Source: Eledone cirrhosa | Lineage: Eukaryota | Length of the DNA stretch: 64,000 nt | Assembly: GCA_964016885.1 (NCBI GenBank) | Contig: OZ024742.1 | Span: 303,304,001-303,368,000, forward strand | Reading direction: 5' to 3' | Notes under the pieces: generated by a model | What the model was told of the DNA's origin: nothing | The model's database searches: none | What the model saw: only the letters and a program-made list of their open reading frames with translations | Program-made: the position numbers and the translations under genes | In this document: piece after piece, positions 52,314 through 64,000 of the stretch | Layout of the letters: the number at the start of each line of letters is the position of its first letter | How positions within the stretch are numbered: the first letter of the stretch is position 1

Positions 52314-52553
52314 AATATATATGTATATATATATATATACATACAAATATATACACATACATAAATGCACACACACACACACAGACATATATATATATAC
52401 ACGTATATATATATATATATATATGTATAGATGTATATTATGTATAGATAAAATAGTGTTTTGTTTGAATGCTACCAAAATGTGAATTGGAGGGTAAATA
52501 TACAAATATGTTTATGTATACATACATACATATATATATATGTATATATAAAC

Positions 52554-52596
<43 letters not shown>

Positions 52597-54009
52597 TGTG
52601 TCTACATATATATATGTGTGTGTGAATGTATTTATATACATATATGTATAGACACACTTACACACATATGTGTGTGTGTGTGTGTACGTGTGTGTGTGTA
52701 TTGAGTATGTCAGTGTGTGCATATAGACATTGGTTGATACTATTGCTTATGTCTTTGGGTATAGGAGAATATAGCTATATATCTTCCTGTCAGCATAGCT
52801 CTCTAAATAAACTTTCACAACATTTTCCAAATCTACATGCAATAAACGTTTGTATGCGATTTCTCATATGTCTATAACTTCATGCCCAACTACCCCTTTA
52901 CATCGATAAAACAAATAGACAAAACCGTATGCAGGTGAAGAGATTGACATATGGTTAAAACATTCCAGGCTCTCGAACTTGTTTGTCGGCGATATTGCAG
53001 GAAATACATTTATATCAGAAATATAGATGACATGTAGATATCTTATTTGCTGAGTATTTTTCATGTATAACGAAAAGGGTAGTATGCCCTTCATGTGTAA
53101 TTTTTAAATTGTTTACAAGAGGTAAATCTAAAATGTTATGGATAAAGATTATAAGAAAGAAGCTAAAGAGAACAGTTCAAATACAGCAAGGAAGCTTATA
53201 ATTGTTTCATTAATATAATTAGAAGAGGAACAAAAAGATGTGGGATTGAAAGGTCATATCTATATTTCTGAGAATGATTTCTTTACAGATGTCATAGTAA
53301 AACAATACGTGGAGGTTTGTTGGATGGATGGAAGTTCGAAGGGTACTATTAATGTGAAGGTATAACTACTGTTCATCTAATAAATTTGAAGAATATGACA
53401 AAATAAGAAATACTGAAACATTTTTCTCCCCATGAAATCTGCAAATATTTTCATAGTACATTTATATCTATGTTTTTAGCTATTGGAAGTAATAGCAAAT
53501 TATTTAATTAGTCTTGTGTTACGACTCAGTAAGCTTTCGTTTCCCTATACCTTCTCTCCCCCGTGCTTAAGTTATTTCATAATCCTTATGTATAATGCAG
53601 CCCACTGGTTTGACATTGCTATTAAGGTTGATGAATCTATCGTTTTATTTTGTAAGCATTAACTTTGTAGTAAATATCATGCTTTAATATCTAGTTCATT
53701 AAAGATATCACATTTAATAATATCACTCATTCATTGCTTCCTTATTTATCGTTGAAACACCGACATGCTAGCATCTTATATCTATACGAGATATCTTTCG
53801 TGTTACGTAAAAATCACCCAAATGTTACCATATCCTGTTTGTCGGCAAGTTAGTGTCAAAACCCTTGACCCGTTCAGTTTATCAATCATAAATATCAGTT
53901 CAATATTTTTGCTCTTATTTATCCAGATCAAAGGTAACGCTTATTTCCGTTGACTGCATGGCATCATGTATTGCTTGGTATTATTTGAACTTGCCTACCG
54001 TCTCATATA

Positions 54010-54117
54010 GCTTCTTCTTCTTCTTCTTCTTCTTCTTCTTCTTCTTCTTCTTCTTCTTCTTCTTCTTCTTCTTCTTCTTCTTCTTCTTCTTCTTCTTCTT
54101 CTTCTTCTTCTTCTTCT
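54010..54117. repeat. (CTT)n microsatellite
   Basis: Perfect run of about 35 units. Confidence 0.95.
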
Positions 54118-54385
54118 AACTGAATGCTGAAACTGGGACATTACTGCACCGGCTTCTGCAATTCTTGCCTTTAATTTAGCCTCCTGTCTTCCATCCCTCG
54201 TTAACACGGCCCTGGGATACTTCACCTTCTCCACCTGATTCAGTGGAACTTCACTCACATTTAGAGGGCACTGCACTTTCTTCCTTGATTTTCATGTCTA
54301 CCTCGCAGCACACGGCAGCAACCCTATCGTACATGTCGGAGATCCCCTTCCGACAGGTTAGATACTACCAAGATATCTGCAAACC
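54118..54385 (-). mobile_element. RTE-like LINE RT fragment
   Basis: FADILVVS (decayed FADD), then LNQVEKVKYPRAVLTRDGRQEAKLKARIAEAGAVM resembling the RTE thumb. Confidence 0.65.
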
Positions 54386-55782
54386 CGGCTACGTTTGCTA
54401 TTTCTGTTCATGAAGAAGTCTCAAACAGCGCTCGTTTAAATCCTTTGTGAGGTTTTATAAACTTAATTCTTGTTATTTTCATTTTAAATTCCTATATTTT
54501 TGCCGAAATCACTATCATTCTTCTGAAACCAACATGACCAGAACTTGCCACCTGCTCTCATTCTCAATGTAAAGAATCGAAATAGATTTAAAGGGAATAT
54601 CATGTACTTTTGTAACATCAAGCCGATCATTCCAATCCTCACATATCTCAAATATAAAGGCCTATATTTTACATTGCATATATGAAAGGCATATCACATA
54701 CTTCCTATATTGTGATAAATTTAACCTGGATTTATGCCCAGATTTTCAGGTGAAAGATATTACCTATTACGAGTTAGTTGCACAACTGCATAAATATTTC
54801 GTTTTTCTCCTATGAATGAATGTATATGTCTACTCCGGAGTGCCTAATCAGATTTAAAGTAAGGTATTGAAAAATGCTACTGACCAGAAGGTGGCACAAA
54901 TAAACCTAAGGTTACACTTTCCGATATCACGACAGAGATAATGACATGAGAATGACATGAGAATTGGGTTGCATCTACGGGAAATATCTCAATACGAATT
55001 TAGTAAATATACGTTAAACTTTAGTAGTACAATATGTCTTACTGTAGCTTGATATTTTCTATCAGTTGAAAAAGTTTAGAAAGTCTTGAGAATGTAATGA
55101 CATTTAACAGTCAATGACTGATTTCAGTCACCGTTACAACATTAAAACTTTGTTTTCATATAAACATTTCTTTTCATATATAATCGTTTCATGTGATAAT
55201 TAGTTTATGTGATATATATCGAGGATTTTCGTAGATAAAATTCATAAAGATCGGTAGTATTACTTCTTTTCCAAATGACCTGATATCAGATTAACTATAG
55301 AAACTGAACTAGTTACGCCAGGATTAGAGTAAATCCAAACATATACGTATAGGGTAGTAATATTTATCGTTTCAATTTGTGATTAATTGATACATTATAA
55401 ACTAATTCGTCGTACAAATATACGCCTTTTATATGAATATCATATCTTTCTTTGAAGAAATTGTAGAATATGTGTTATAGTTGAAATAAAACATTCTTCA
55501 AAGCAAACTGCTATTAGGCAAACATATTACGCAATAACAAAGGCGCATTTGTTTACATATCTCTCTCTCTCTCTATATATATATATAAACTTAAATCTGC
55601 TTTCCAAACAAGTCAAAATCCGATCGATCCTTTAAGGCTCTCATAAGGATACTCCTTTGATAATGGGTTTTTAAATCTGAAATATTAGGGATTATTAAAT
55701 TTGGTAAGATAAGATACTTTTGTTGAATGGTTTTCAAAATTATTTAAATTTGTGTATGCCTGTCTATATATCTATCTATCTA

Positions 55783-55856
<74 letters not shown>

Positions 55857-55959
55857 AATGAAGTAATTCCATCGGAAAAGTCCAGGAAAAAAGAGTGCTC
55901 TATGTAAGCAACAGAGCTTAATTATTATTATTATGTAATAAACAACATAAGGCAATTAT

Positions 55960-56017
55960 TCCATTTACCAGTGGTTTCTTAAAAGCAAAAGGTTTTGCTT
56001 TCAATCCTCAGAATGAA
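55960..56017 (-). ncRNA. Hammerhead ribozyme motif (mirror)
   Basis: Reverse complement of 56082-56139. Confidence 0.8.
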
Positions 56018-56081
56018 AAATCCTGGTTTGTTTATTGAATATGGATTCTAAAATCCATATTCAATAAACAAACCAGGATTT

Positions 56082-56139
56082 TTCATTCTGAGGATTGAAA
56101 GCAAAACCTTTTGCTTTTAAGAAACCACTGGTAAATGGA
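56082..56139 (+). ncRNA. Type I hammerhead ribozyme motif
   Basis: ttcatt CTGAGGA ttgaaagcaaaa-cc-ttttgcttttaa GAAA CCACTGG TA aatgga. Confidence 0.8.
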
Positions 56140-56782
56140 ATAATTGCCTTATGTTGTTTATTACATAATAATAATATATATATATATATATATATATATT
56201 TACACGCATTCATATATTATATATATACATCATATGTGTATATATATATATATGACATATACATATGTATATAATTGATATGCAATACATTATAAATGCA
56301 TAATATATAGGTAGGTGTGTTTTTATATAGATCTATATATATCAACGAATACGTAACATATATTTATGTGTGGGTGTGTTGAGTTTATATGCGTTTGAAT
56401 GAGTGTGTGTTGTAGAATAATTCCAATCGTATCACAATCTGTGGCATTTATACCTATATAGATATCGATAGGTTTGTTGTTTATAAAAGTATATAGACGC
56501 GTGGCAATGCAGGAATAATTGGTAATTGCTAACAAAATATCATTGATAACAAAGCCTAACTCAATACAACCTCACATTCAATAGAGTCTTACAGAGAAAA
56601 TTAAAGTGTGATGAATATTGATTATTGGTTCCCATGAATGGTTGCAAAATTGCACTTGTCTCCCCTCGCAATAATTTCAAAGCAATCGAAGATGAAAATA
56701 CAACACACAAAAAGAGAAAAGTAATAAAATAGATACATAGAATCTAAATTAGGCAGAAACAACAACATTGAAAGTATGTAAG

Positions 56783-56852
<70 letters not shown>

Positions 56853-57296
56853 AATAAACGTGCTGCGTGGTTACAAATGGGTTACATATGAATAAAGTTA
56901 GTCCTTCATCAGTGATCTTCCAACCATCATCGGTATTTCATCGCTTTAAAGATCATATACCTCTGGTTGGTGCGAGCAACGGTTAAAGAAAGTCGTTCGG
57001 ACACGTAAATAAAGGGAACAGCGAGAGTGTAAACAAACGAAGATGGTAAAGCAACGAAAACTGAGGAAGAACGAGTCAAGTCCCAAATTTCCATGAATAT
57101 AAGTTCGGTGAAATCGTGAACGAGAGAGAATAAAGACCATCAAACCTGTTTGAAATGTGAGCAAGGAAGGAATTCCGCACAGGTCAAACGGGAGGAAGAT
57201 GGAGTCGGCAGAGCTCAAGCTATTTCGACGGGTATTTCTGGACACTGGTGCGTTATGGTCCATCTGGCCTCAGCCGGATGGCTGAAACAGGTAAAA

Positions 57297-57355
<59 letters not shown>

Positions 57356-57403
57356 TATGTATATATATATATGTATGCACATATATATATATATATGTAT
57401 ATT

Positions 57404-57484
<81 letters not shown>

Positions 57485-57488
57485 GTAC

Positions 57489-57523
<35 letters not shown>

Positions 57524-57559
57524 CAATTAACAACAAAGAGCGCTTAGAACATAGGTATA

Positions 57560-57619
57560 TCTTTAATTGCTAACAGTGTTTCGTCCACACTAGAAGTGGG
57601 ACTCTTCAGAGCATAAATA
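57560..57619 (-). ncRNA. Hammerhead ribozyme motif (mirror)
   Basis: Near-exact reverse complement of 58551-58610. Confidence 0.75.
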
Positions 57620-58550
57620 GTAAATACATAGTATACAAGCATTGACAAAGCCAAAACAGAAGAATATATGTGGGGATACCATAAGTTGGGAGGAGTTTAA
57701 AGAGTAAAGTAAAAGGAGCAAAATAAGAAAAAACCTTCCTTTATGGTGTATATTTTACTCCATTTTTTTTGTGTATTGTTTTATTTATCTTCTGGTGTAT
57801 ATTTCACTTTACTTTATATTATTTTATTTTATTTTATTTTATTTTATTTTATTTTATCTTATTTTTTATTTTTTATTATTTTTTATTTTTTATCTTTTAT
57901 CTATTTTTTAGCTATTTTTTAGCTATTTTTTTATCTATTTCTTATCTATTTTTTATCTATTTTTATCTATATTTTTTATATTTTTTAAATCTATTTTTTA
58001 GCTATTTTTTATCTATTTTTTATCTACCTCTTATCTATTTTTTATCTATCTCTACCTCTTAACTTGTGCCCATCGGTCTATGATATGTTATTTGTATTAG
58101 TGTATACTGTATGTGTTGCATACGGGTGCTTGTGTGTAGGTGCATGCGGGTGCTGATGCTTATTCATATAATTGTATGTAGCTGTATGTTAACGTAACCC
58201 TGCCCAACTGTGAGTGATAACATTTCTTATTTTTTATTATTTATTTTTTATTTATTTATTATTTATTATTTATTTTTTATTTTTTATTTTTTATTTTTTA
58301 TTTTTTATTTTTCATTTTTATTTTATTTTTATTTTTATTTTTATTTTTATTATTATTTTTATTTTTATTTTTATTCTTAATCTTATTCTTTTTTTATTCT
58401 TAATCTTATTCTTATTTTTATGTTTATTTTTATTTTACTCTTCTTATTTTGCTCCTTTTACTTTACTCTTTAAACTCCTCCCAACTTATGGTATCCCCAC
58501 ATATATTCTTCTGTTTTGGCTTTGTCAATGCTTGTATACTATGTATTTAC

Positions 58551-58610
58551 TCTTTATGCTCTGAAGAGTCCCACTTCTAGTGTGGACGAAACACTGTTAG
58601 CAATTAAAGA
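58551..58610 (+). ncRNA. Type I hammerhead ribozyme motif
   Basis: tctttatgct CTGAAGA gtcccac-ttcta-gtgtggac GAAA C-ACT-G TT agc-aat-taaaga. Confidence 0.8.
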
Positions 58611-58729
58611 TATACCTATGTTCTAAGCGCTCTTTGTTGTTAATTGTATTACGGCTCTGTCCTCTGACATTGAGCTAACCATATACTGCCTATTTGATAA
58701 GTGGAGTGTTACACAATCCCAATTCTCTC

Positions 58730-58842
<113 letters not shown>

Positions 58843-60038
58843 TGTGTGTGTGTAGTGTGTGTGTGTATATATATACTGATAGATAGATATAGATACATAG
58901 AGAGAATAAGCGAGAGAGTATGAGAGAGAAATGTACGCTGGCAACCGAAGTGTATGATAATGTTATATATGTAGAAATATAGAGTGTGTAAGCGAGACTT
59001 CATCAACAGGTTTTTAGGTTAATGTATTGAAGATCTAATGTTTTCTTCAACCATGTTTATAACGCATTAACAGAGGAAATTAATCCTCGGAATTCTTGCA
59101 ATTATCATGGACATTGCGTTTTCCAACAGAAATAAAACAAACAATAATACACACACATACACACACACATACACACACTCATACATACACACATACACAC
59201 ACTCACACATACACACACTCACACACACCCACTAAAATTGTTAGTTCTTTTAATTATATTGGGACCTGCAATGATGGAAAGTATAAAACTTACCTTGGTT
59301 TTCCTGAAAAACGAAAATGGTAAGAGAATATTGTAAAATAATTAAGCCATGTCAAATTTGTTTTACTTCATTCTTCAAATCATTAACCAAATTTATATAT
59401 TTTAAATACGGGAAATTTTAATTATTTAAGAAAAGCAAAACCAAATATAAAAAAAAAATAATAGAAACAAAAATAGAAACATTTTTCAAAACTAACTCGT
59501 CTGCTTTATAAATTATACTTATAATTAATATAACTCTTCATGTTGATAACAGATAATGCCTTATATAGTATTGGGTCCTATATAAGGGCATAAAGAATAG
59601 TCTAACGAACATATAACTGCATGTATACATGTATAGACAAAACAAATGCATCTTCACACATATGATAGCATCCATACATGGACACGCACGCATGCAGACA
59701 TGCATAAATATATACCTAGTTGATGGTGTCTAAATTCCAGTGAAAGAGCTTTGTGTCTATGTCAGAAACCGACTCTCTATTGGTAAAAATTCATAAACTT
59801 ATATCATCAGAAGAACATACATACATACATGTATATATATATACAATATATATATATATATTGTTATAGCCGGGGAGGGTCATATTGTTGTAATAATATT
59901 GCCAGAAATAATAACAGAACACACGCACTGTTTGATTGGTTTTCGCTTCTGTATATATATATATATATATATATGTTATATATATATATGTTATATATAT
60001 AAACATGTATATGTTATATATATATATGTGTGTGTGTG

Positions 60039-60651
60039 TATAGAAATTTAGTATTTCTAAAGAAACACGGTTTTAGGAAGCCGTAGCTATGCAAACACCG
60101 GGGCTAACGCCCTCTGGTGGTGTCCAGCAGAAGCAAGGGGGACAACCGTCTATGCATTTCAGGCTTGACTGGCCTTCCTCAGAACAGTCCCTCCCACCGC
60201 TTGCGTCTGCTGGACTTGAAAACAGTCGAGAATATATAGTTTTCTCGTCTGTGTAAATGAGGTGATTAATCTCATTAGCATTTCAGGTTTCATACGTTGG
60301 TTCAACTTATAATAGAATAGAAATAGTATTTCGCTTCAAGCCTAGCTTTATACAAATATGTATAGAAATTTCGTATTTCTAAAGAAACACGGTTTTAGGA
60401 AGCGGCAGCTATGCAAACACCGGGGCTGACTCCCACTGGTGGTGTCCAGCAGAAGCTAGAGGAACAACCGTCTATGCATTTCAGGCGGTTCCTCCCACCG
60501 CTTGCGACTGCTGGACTTGAAAACAGTCGAGAATATTTCTATTCTATTATAAGTTGAGCCAACCTATGCAGCTTCATATGCAAATGAGATTAATCACCTC
60601 ATTTACACAGACGAGAAAACTATATATTCTCGACTGATTTCAAGTCCATCA

Positions 60652-60653
<2 letters not shown>
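60039..60653 (-). mobile_element. Retrozyme-like tandem repeat (~322-bp unit) with inverted segment
   Basis: 60039-60232 recurs at 60361-60534; 60535-60653 is an inverted copy of ~60206-60325; HHR on the minus strand. Confidence 0.7.
60146..60187 (-). ncRNA. Minimal type I hammerhead ribozyme motif
   Basis: Minus: ctgtt CTGAGGA aggc-cagtcaa-gcct GAAA TGCA TA gacgg; palindromic ATGCAT helix III. Confidence 0.75.
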
Positions 60654-60704
<51 letters not shown>

Positions 60705-60710
<6 letters not shown>

Positions 60711-61655
60711 CACATACACCAATTAAACAAAGTCACAGGTATAAATGTGATTTGGCAACTATTCACGATGTGGCTCAATGAAAAATGAATAAATTAAATA
60801 GTCAGAGCAAAATACTATAGAGTAAAGCATGTCCAGAGAATTATTTGATAATATATATACATCATCTCCTCTCCCAATCAGCATATTTAACCACACAAAA
60901 AATCTACTGATTGGGAGTAGAGATGATGTATATATATTATCAAATAATTCTCTGGACATGCTTTACTCTATAGTATTTTGCTCTGATTATTTAATTTATT
61001 AATTCTTCATTGAGCCACATCATGAATAGTAGCCAAAACACATATATACCTGTTTAATTGGTGTATGTGTAAATATTTATATTTAATAATCTCCCATAAG
61101 GTTGAGATAAAATTTGGGCGATATTGGGCTGCGCTTTCTAGCAACCAACCCACTCGCCGTAAGCAACCAATCACACCCTTCCTGACTTGACCACTGCCAC
61201 GTCACAGTTCTCAACCATTTTGAATTCGTGTTTGGCGGGGGCCACTTCGGAAAATAATATGTCCTAGCGAGTTTGTCCCCTGAAGAGCTCTAAACTCGAG
61301 ATTTATCCTTAATAAGATATCTCAAAATGTAAGCGAAACCCATGGGTCGGGATTTAGTGATTTAATCCTGGTATGTATATAAGCATTTCTAACATTAATT
61401 TTTACCTAATTATGTATGGTTGACCGTATATTTAATTAATTTCCACGTGCTGTTGAAATGTTGGGTAAATATTCTATAGCGGTTGCACGCGAAGACGCCG
61501 CAGTGGCGTATTTATTTACTGTTTCTTCATAGGTGCCTTTTATTCTTATAGCCTGGTCTAATTGATTTTTTGTGTGGTTAATTATGCTGATTGGGAGTAG
61601 AGATGATGTATATATATTATCAAATAATTCTCTGGACATGCTTTACTCTATAGTA
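60705..61655 (+). mobile_element. Retrozyme-like element, 680-bp unit, with inverted arm
   Basis: 60907-60975 recurs at 61587-61655; 60705-60904 is inverted; central HHR; (TA)n flanks. Confidence 0.75.
61275..61353 (+). ncRNA. Type I hammerhead ribozyme motif with extended stem II
   Basis: gtccc CTGAAGA gct...gagat..atctc...agc GAAA CCCATGGG TC gggat; palindromic helix III; GUC site. Confidence 0.8.
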
Positions 61656-61667
61656 TATATATATATA

Positions 61668-61778
<111 letters not shown>

Positions 61779-61896
61779 TATATATATATGTATATATATA
61801 TTTATGTGTGTGTATGTGTGTGTATATTAAATAAAGTGATGCAAAATTAAGTTCTATATACCCTGGTCTATTACAAATAATTGTTTTCAAGTCCAG

Positions 61897-61936
<40 letters not shown>

Positions 61937-61937
61937 T

Positions 61938-62050
<113 letters not shown>

Positions 62051-62100
62051 TAAATAAAGTGATGCACAATTAAGTTCTAAATACCCTGGTATATTACAAA

Positions 62101-62275
62101 TAATTGTTTCTACTTTTGGCACATGGCCAGCAATTACCCCAGTGCATTACAGGTGCTTTATTTTATCGACCCGGTAAGGATGAAAGACAAAGTTAACCTT
62201 GGCTGGATTTGTACTCAGAACGTAAAAGCCCATAACTCTATGTCACAAAGTATGGTGTTTGACGCTCTACCGGTA
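62101..62275 (-). mobile_element. tRNA-derived SINE (family A)
   Basis: Match to 17271-17455. Confidence 0.8.
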
Positions 62276-63569
62276 ATATTGCAACGTGCGTATTAAAGCA
62301 TACATACAGTACTCTCCACAGATGTTATAATAAATATTTCGGCCTCATATATGATATGTACTTGAAGGAGGTTCCATATCATATTTGCTGAATATAATCG
62401 AAACATTAACCTATTTTAATGATACTGACAGGTGTACTGTATTAGTTATCACCTCGATCCAATTTGCATTCCTCTGGCTGAAATACAATTAAATTAAACA
62501 TTCCCATTTGGCAATGAACTAATATGCATTGAATTGTTGTATAAAATCTACATACACACTTCATCAATATTATCACCTTCATCTATTTCCACAATATATT
62601 TGTCAATTTAATGTTGTAAAAAATCTTCATACACACGTAAATACTATCACCTTCATTTCTTTCCACAATATAATTGTCAATTTAAACATTGGGCAAGTCT
62701 TATCACATCCTACATGTAACTAACATTATACAGCTCAACCCAGTCATTAAGATTATGTGGCATTAGTTGCATTATTCCGATAGTTTGACACGGGAAATGA
62801 ATAAAATCAGAAAAAAAAATAGTTGATTGAATCTCCCATAATATAACACCGATTTTCTCAACTTTGCATCACTTCTAACACAAATTCCTATTTCCAACTA
62901 TTCAGTGATTTGAGGAAAATTGAAGCAGAACCAATCCACCGACTAGAAGTACTATATCGATCAATATGAGCGCTAGCCAAACAATTGTATGGAAATGTGA
63001 TAATTATTCTAGTTATCTCACTTAGGAGATGTTATTACATTTTTTGGTGTTTGGTCTTGCTGTTGTTATTGTTATTATTGGTGATGATTATTTTGTTGCC
63101 GATGTTATTGATGATGATGATGTTGTTCCTGTTACTATTATTGTCGTCGTTGTTATTGGTGATGTTTTCGCTACTGTTACTGTTGATATGATTGCTTTAA
63201 TGGGGCTCAATGCAGTGGACGTTGCATTAAATATCATCTACTTTAACTTGGCCATATTGGTGAGCCCAATAAAGTACGTTGTTTCGTGTAAGCCTAGTCC
63301 AACATAGAATCAATTCTGTTCATCATTCATGTATAATCAGTTGTATGAAAAAAAATTATCTTCATGAAATGGACCGCCGTCGTTTTCAACAATGCATGTT
63401 TCAATTGTTCGTTCAACAGAATAGTTTATTCAAGAAATTAACATGTAAATGGCTAAGAATTTTGCAGATACATGTGCCCTTAACGTAGTTCACTTGCAGA
63501 TTGAGCATGGTGTTTTTCATAGATGACCTTTTTGAATCAAAGGTACACTCAATCCGACTTTCTTCCAAG

Positions 63570-63720
63570 TAGTTACCGTCTATCCAATATCACTAGAAAA
63601 GCTTGAATCAATTCGAGGCTATGGTAAATGCCACTTGGCGATGATGCCACCTAATAAGAGCGATCCCGGGACCTATTGACTGCAAAACTAACTTCTTATC
63701 AATACGGTCATGCAGCGTCT
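63570..63720 (-). mobile_element. Old tRNA-derived SINE fragment
   Basis: gaggctatggtaaatgccacttggc...cccgggacc...cttcttatc pattern resembling a SINE head in reverse; highly diverged. Confidence 0.35.
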
Positions 63721-64000
63721 ACTTTTACTCATAAAATGATATATCGGAAACCCAAATTATTTATCGGTCGCTTTGCTCAAGTTTCTGTATTTACATTCAT
63801 TACCATTATCATAACACCGAAATACGGTTCTTTCATGGCTGGAACGACATGGTTTCTAATTATACCAGTATTGCTTGCTATTTTTCTTTATCTACGTGAG
63901 CTTCTTCAGTCATTTTTCCATATTATTATAACGTCTATTATAACATCTATGTTGCTGTGTCCTTTTTCCCATACAACTAGTGTATCTATTTTATATCTAC

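Larger units (their letters stand above)
55924..56175. repeat. Perfect palindrome, 124-bp arms, 4-nt spacer
   Basis: 55924-56047 is the reverse complement of 56052-56175; (TA)n on both flanks. Confidence 0.95.

Noticed and set aside
53138-53365. Coding-looking frame MDKDYKKEAKENSS... with an internal stop
   Set aside because: No identifiable homologue; may be chance
53995-54117. Poly-Arg protamine-like tail
   Set aside because: (CTT)n repeat read through from an RTE fragment

Overview
Eukaryotic, AT-rich, microsatellite-saturated intergenic or intronic DNA. The SINE types and repeat style suggest a coleoid cephalopod, probably Octopus (inference). No host protein-coding gene could be supported; most short ORFs are (TA)n, (CA)n, (GAT)n or (CTT)n artefacts. 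The window is a mosaic of retroelements. These include Penelope-like elements (PLEs): a Hydra-type RT+GIY-YIG copy forming a 5.8-kb palindrome, a decayed near-full-length relative and a Neptune-type fragment. There are also five L1/Tx1 LINE copies, an R4/Dong LINE end, RTE fragments, tRNA-derived SINEs, a non-autonomous Helitron, a tRNA-Gly pseudogene and a candidate LTR. The main unannotated signal is about 19 type I hammerhead ribozyme (HHR) motifs read by eye. Most lie in non-coding PLE/retrozyme-like elements sitting in (TA)n tracts as fold-back palindromes or tandem 320-680 bp units. One family shows stem covariation across loci, and several motifs have very large stem II insertions. The Tx1 family also appears to target (TAGA)n. 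All RNA folds are manual and untested.
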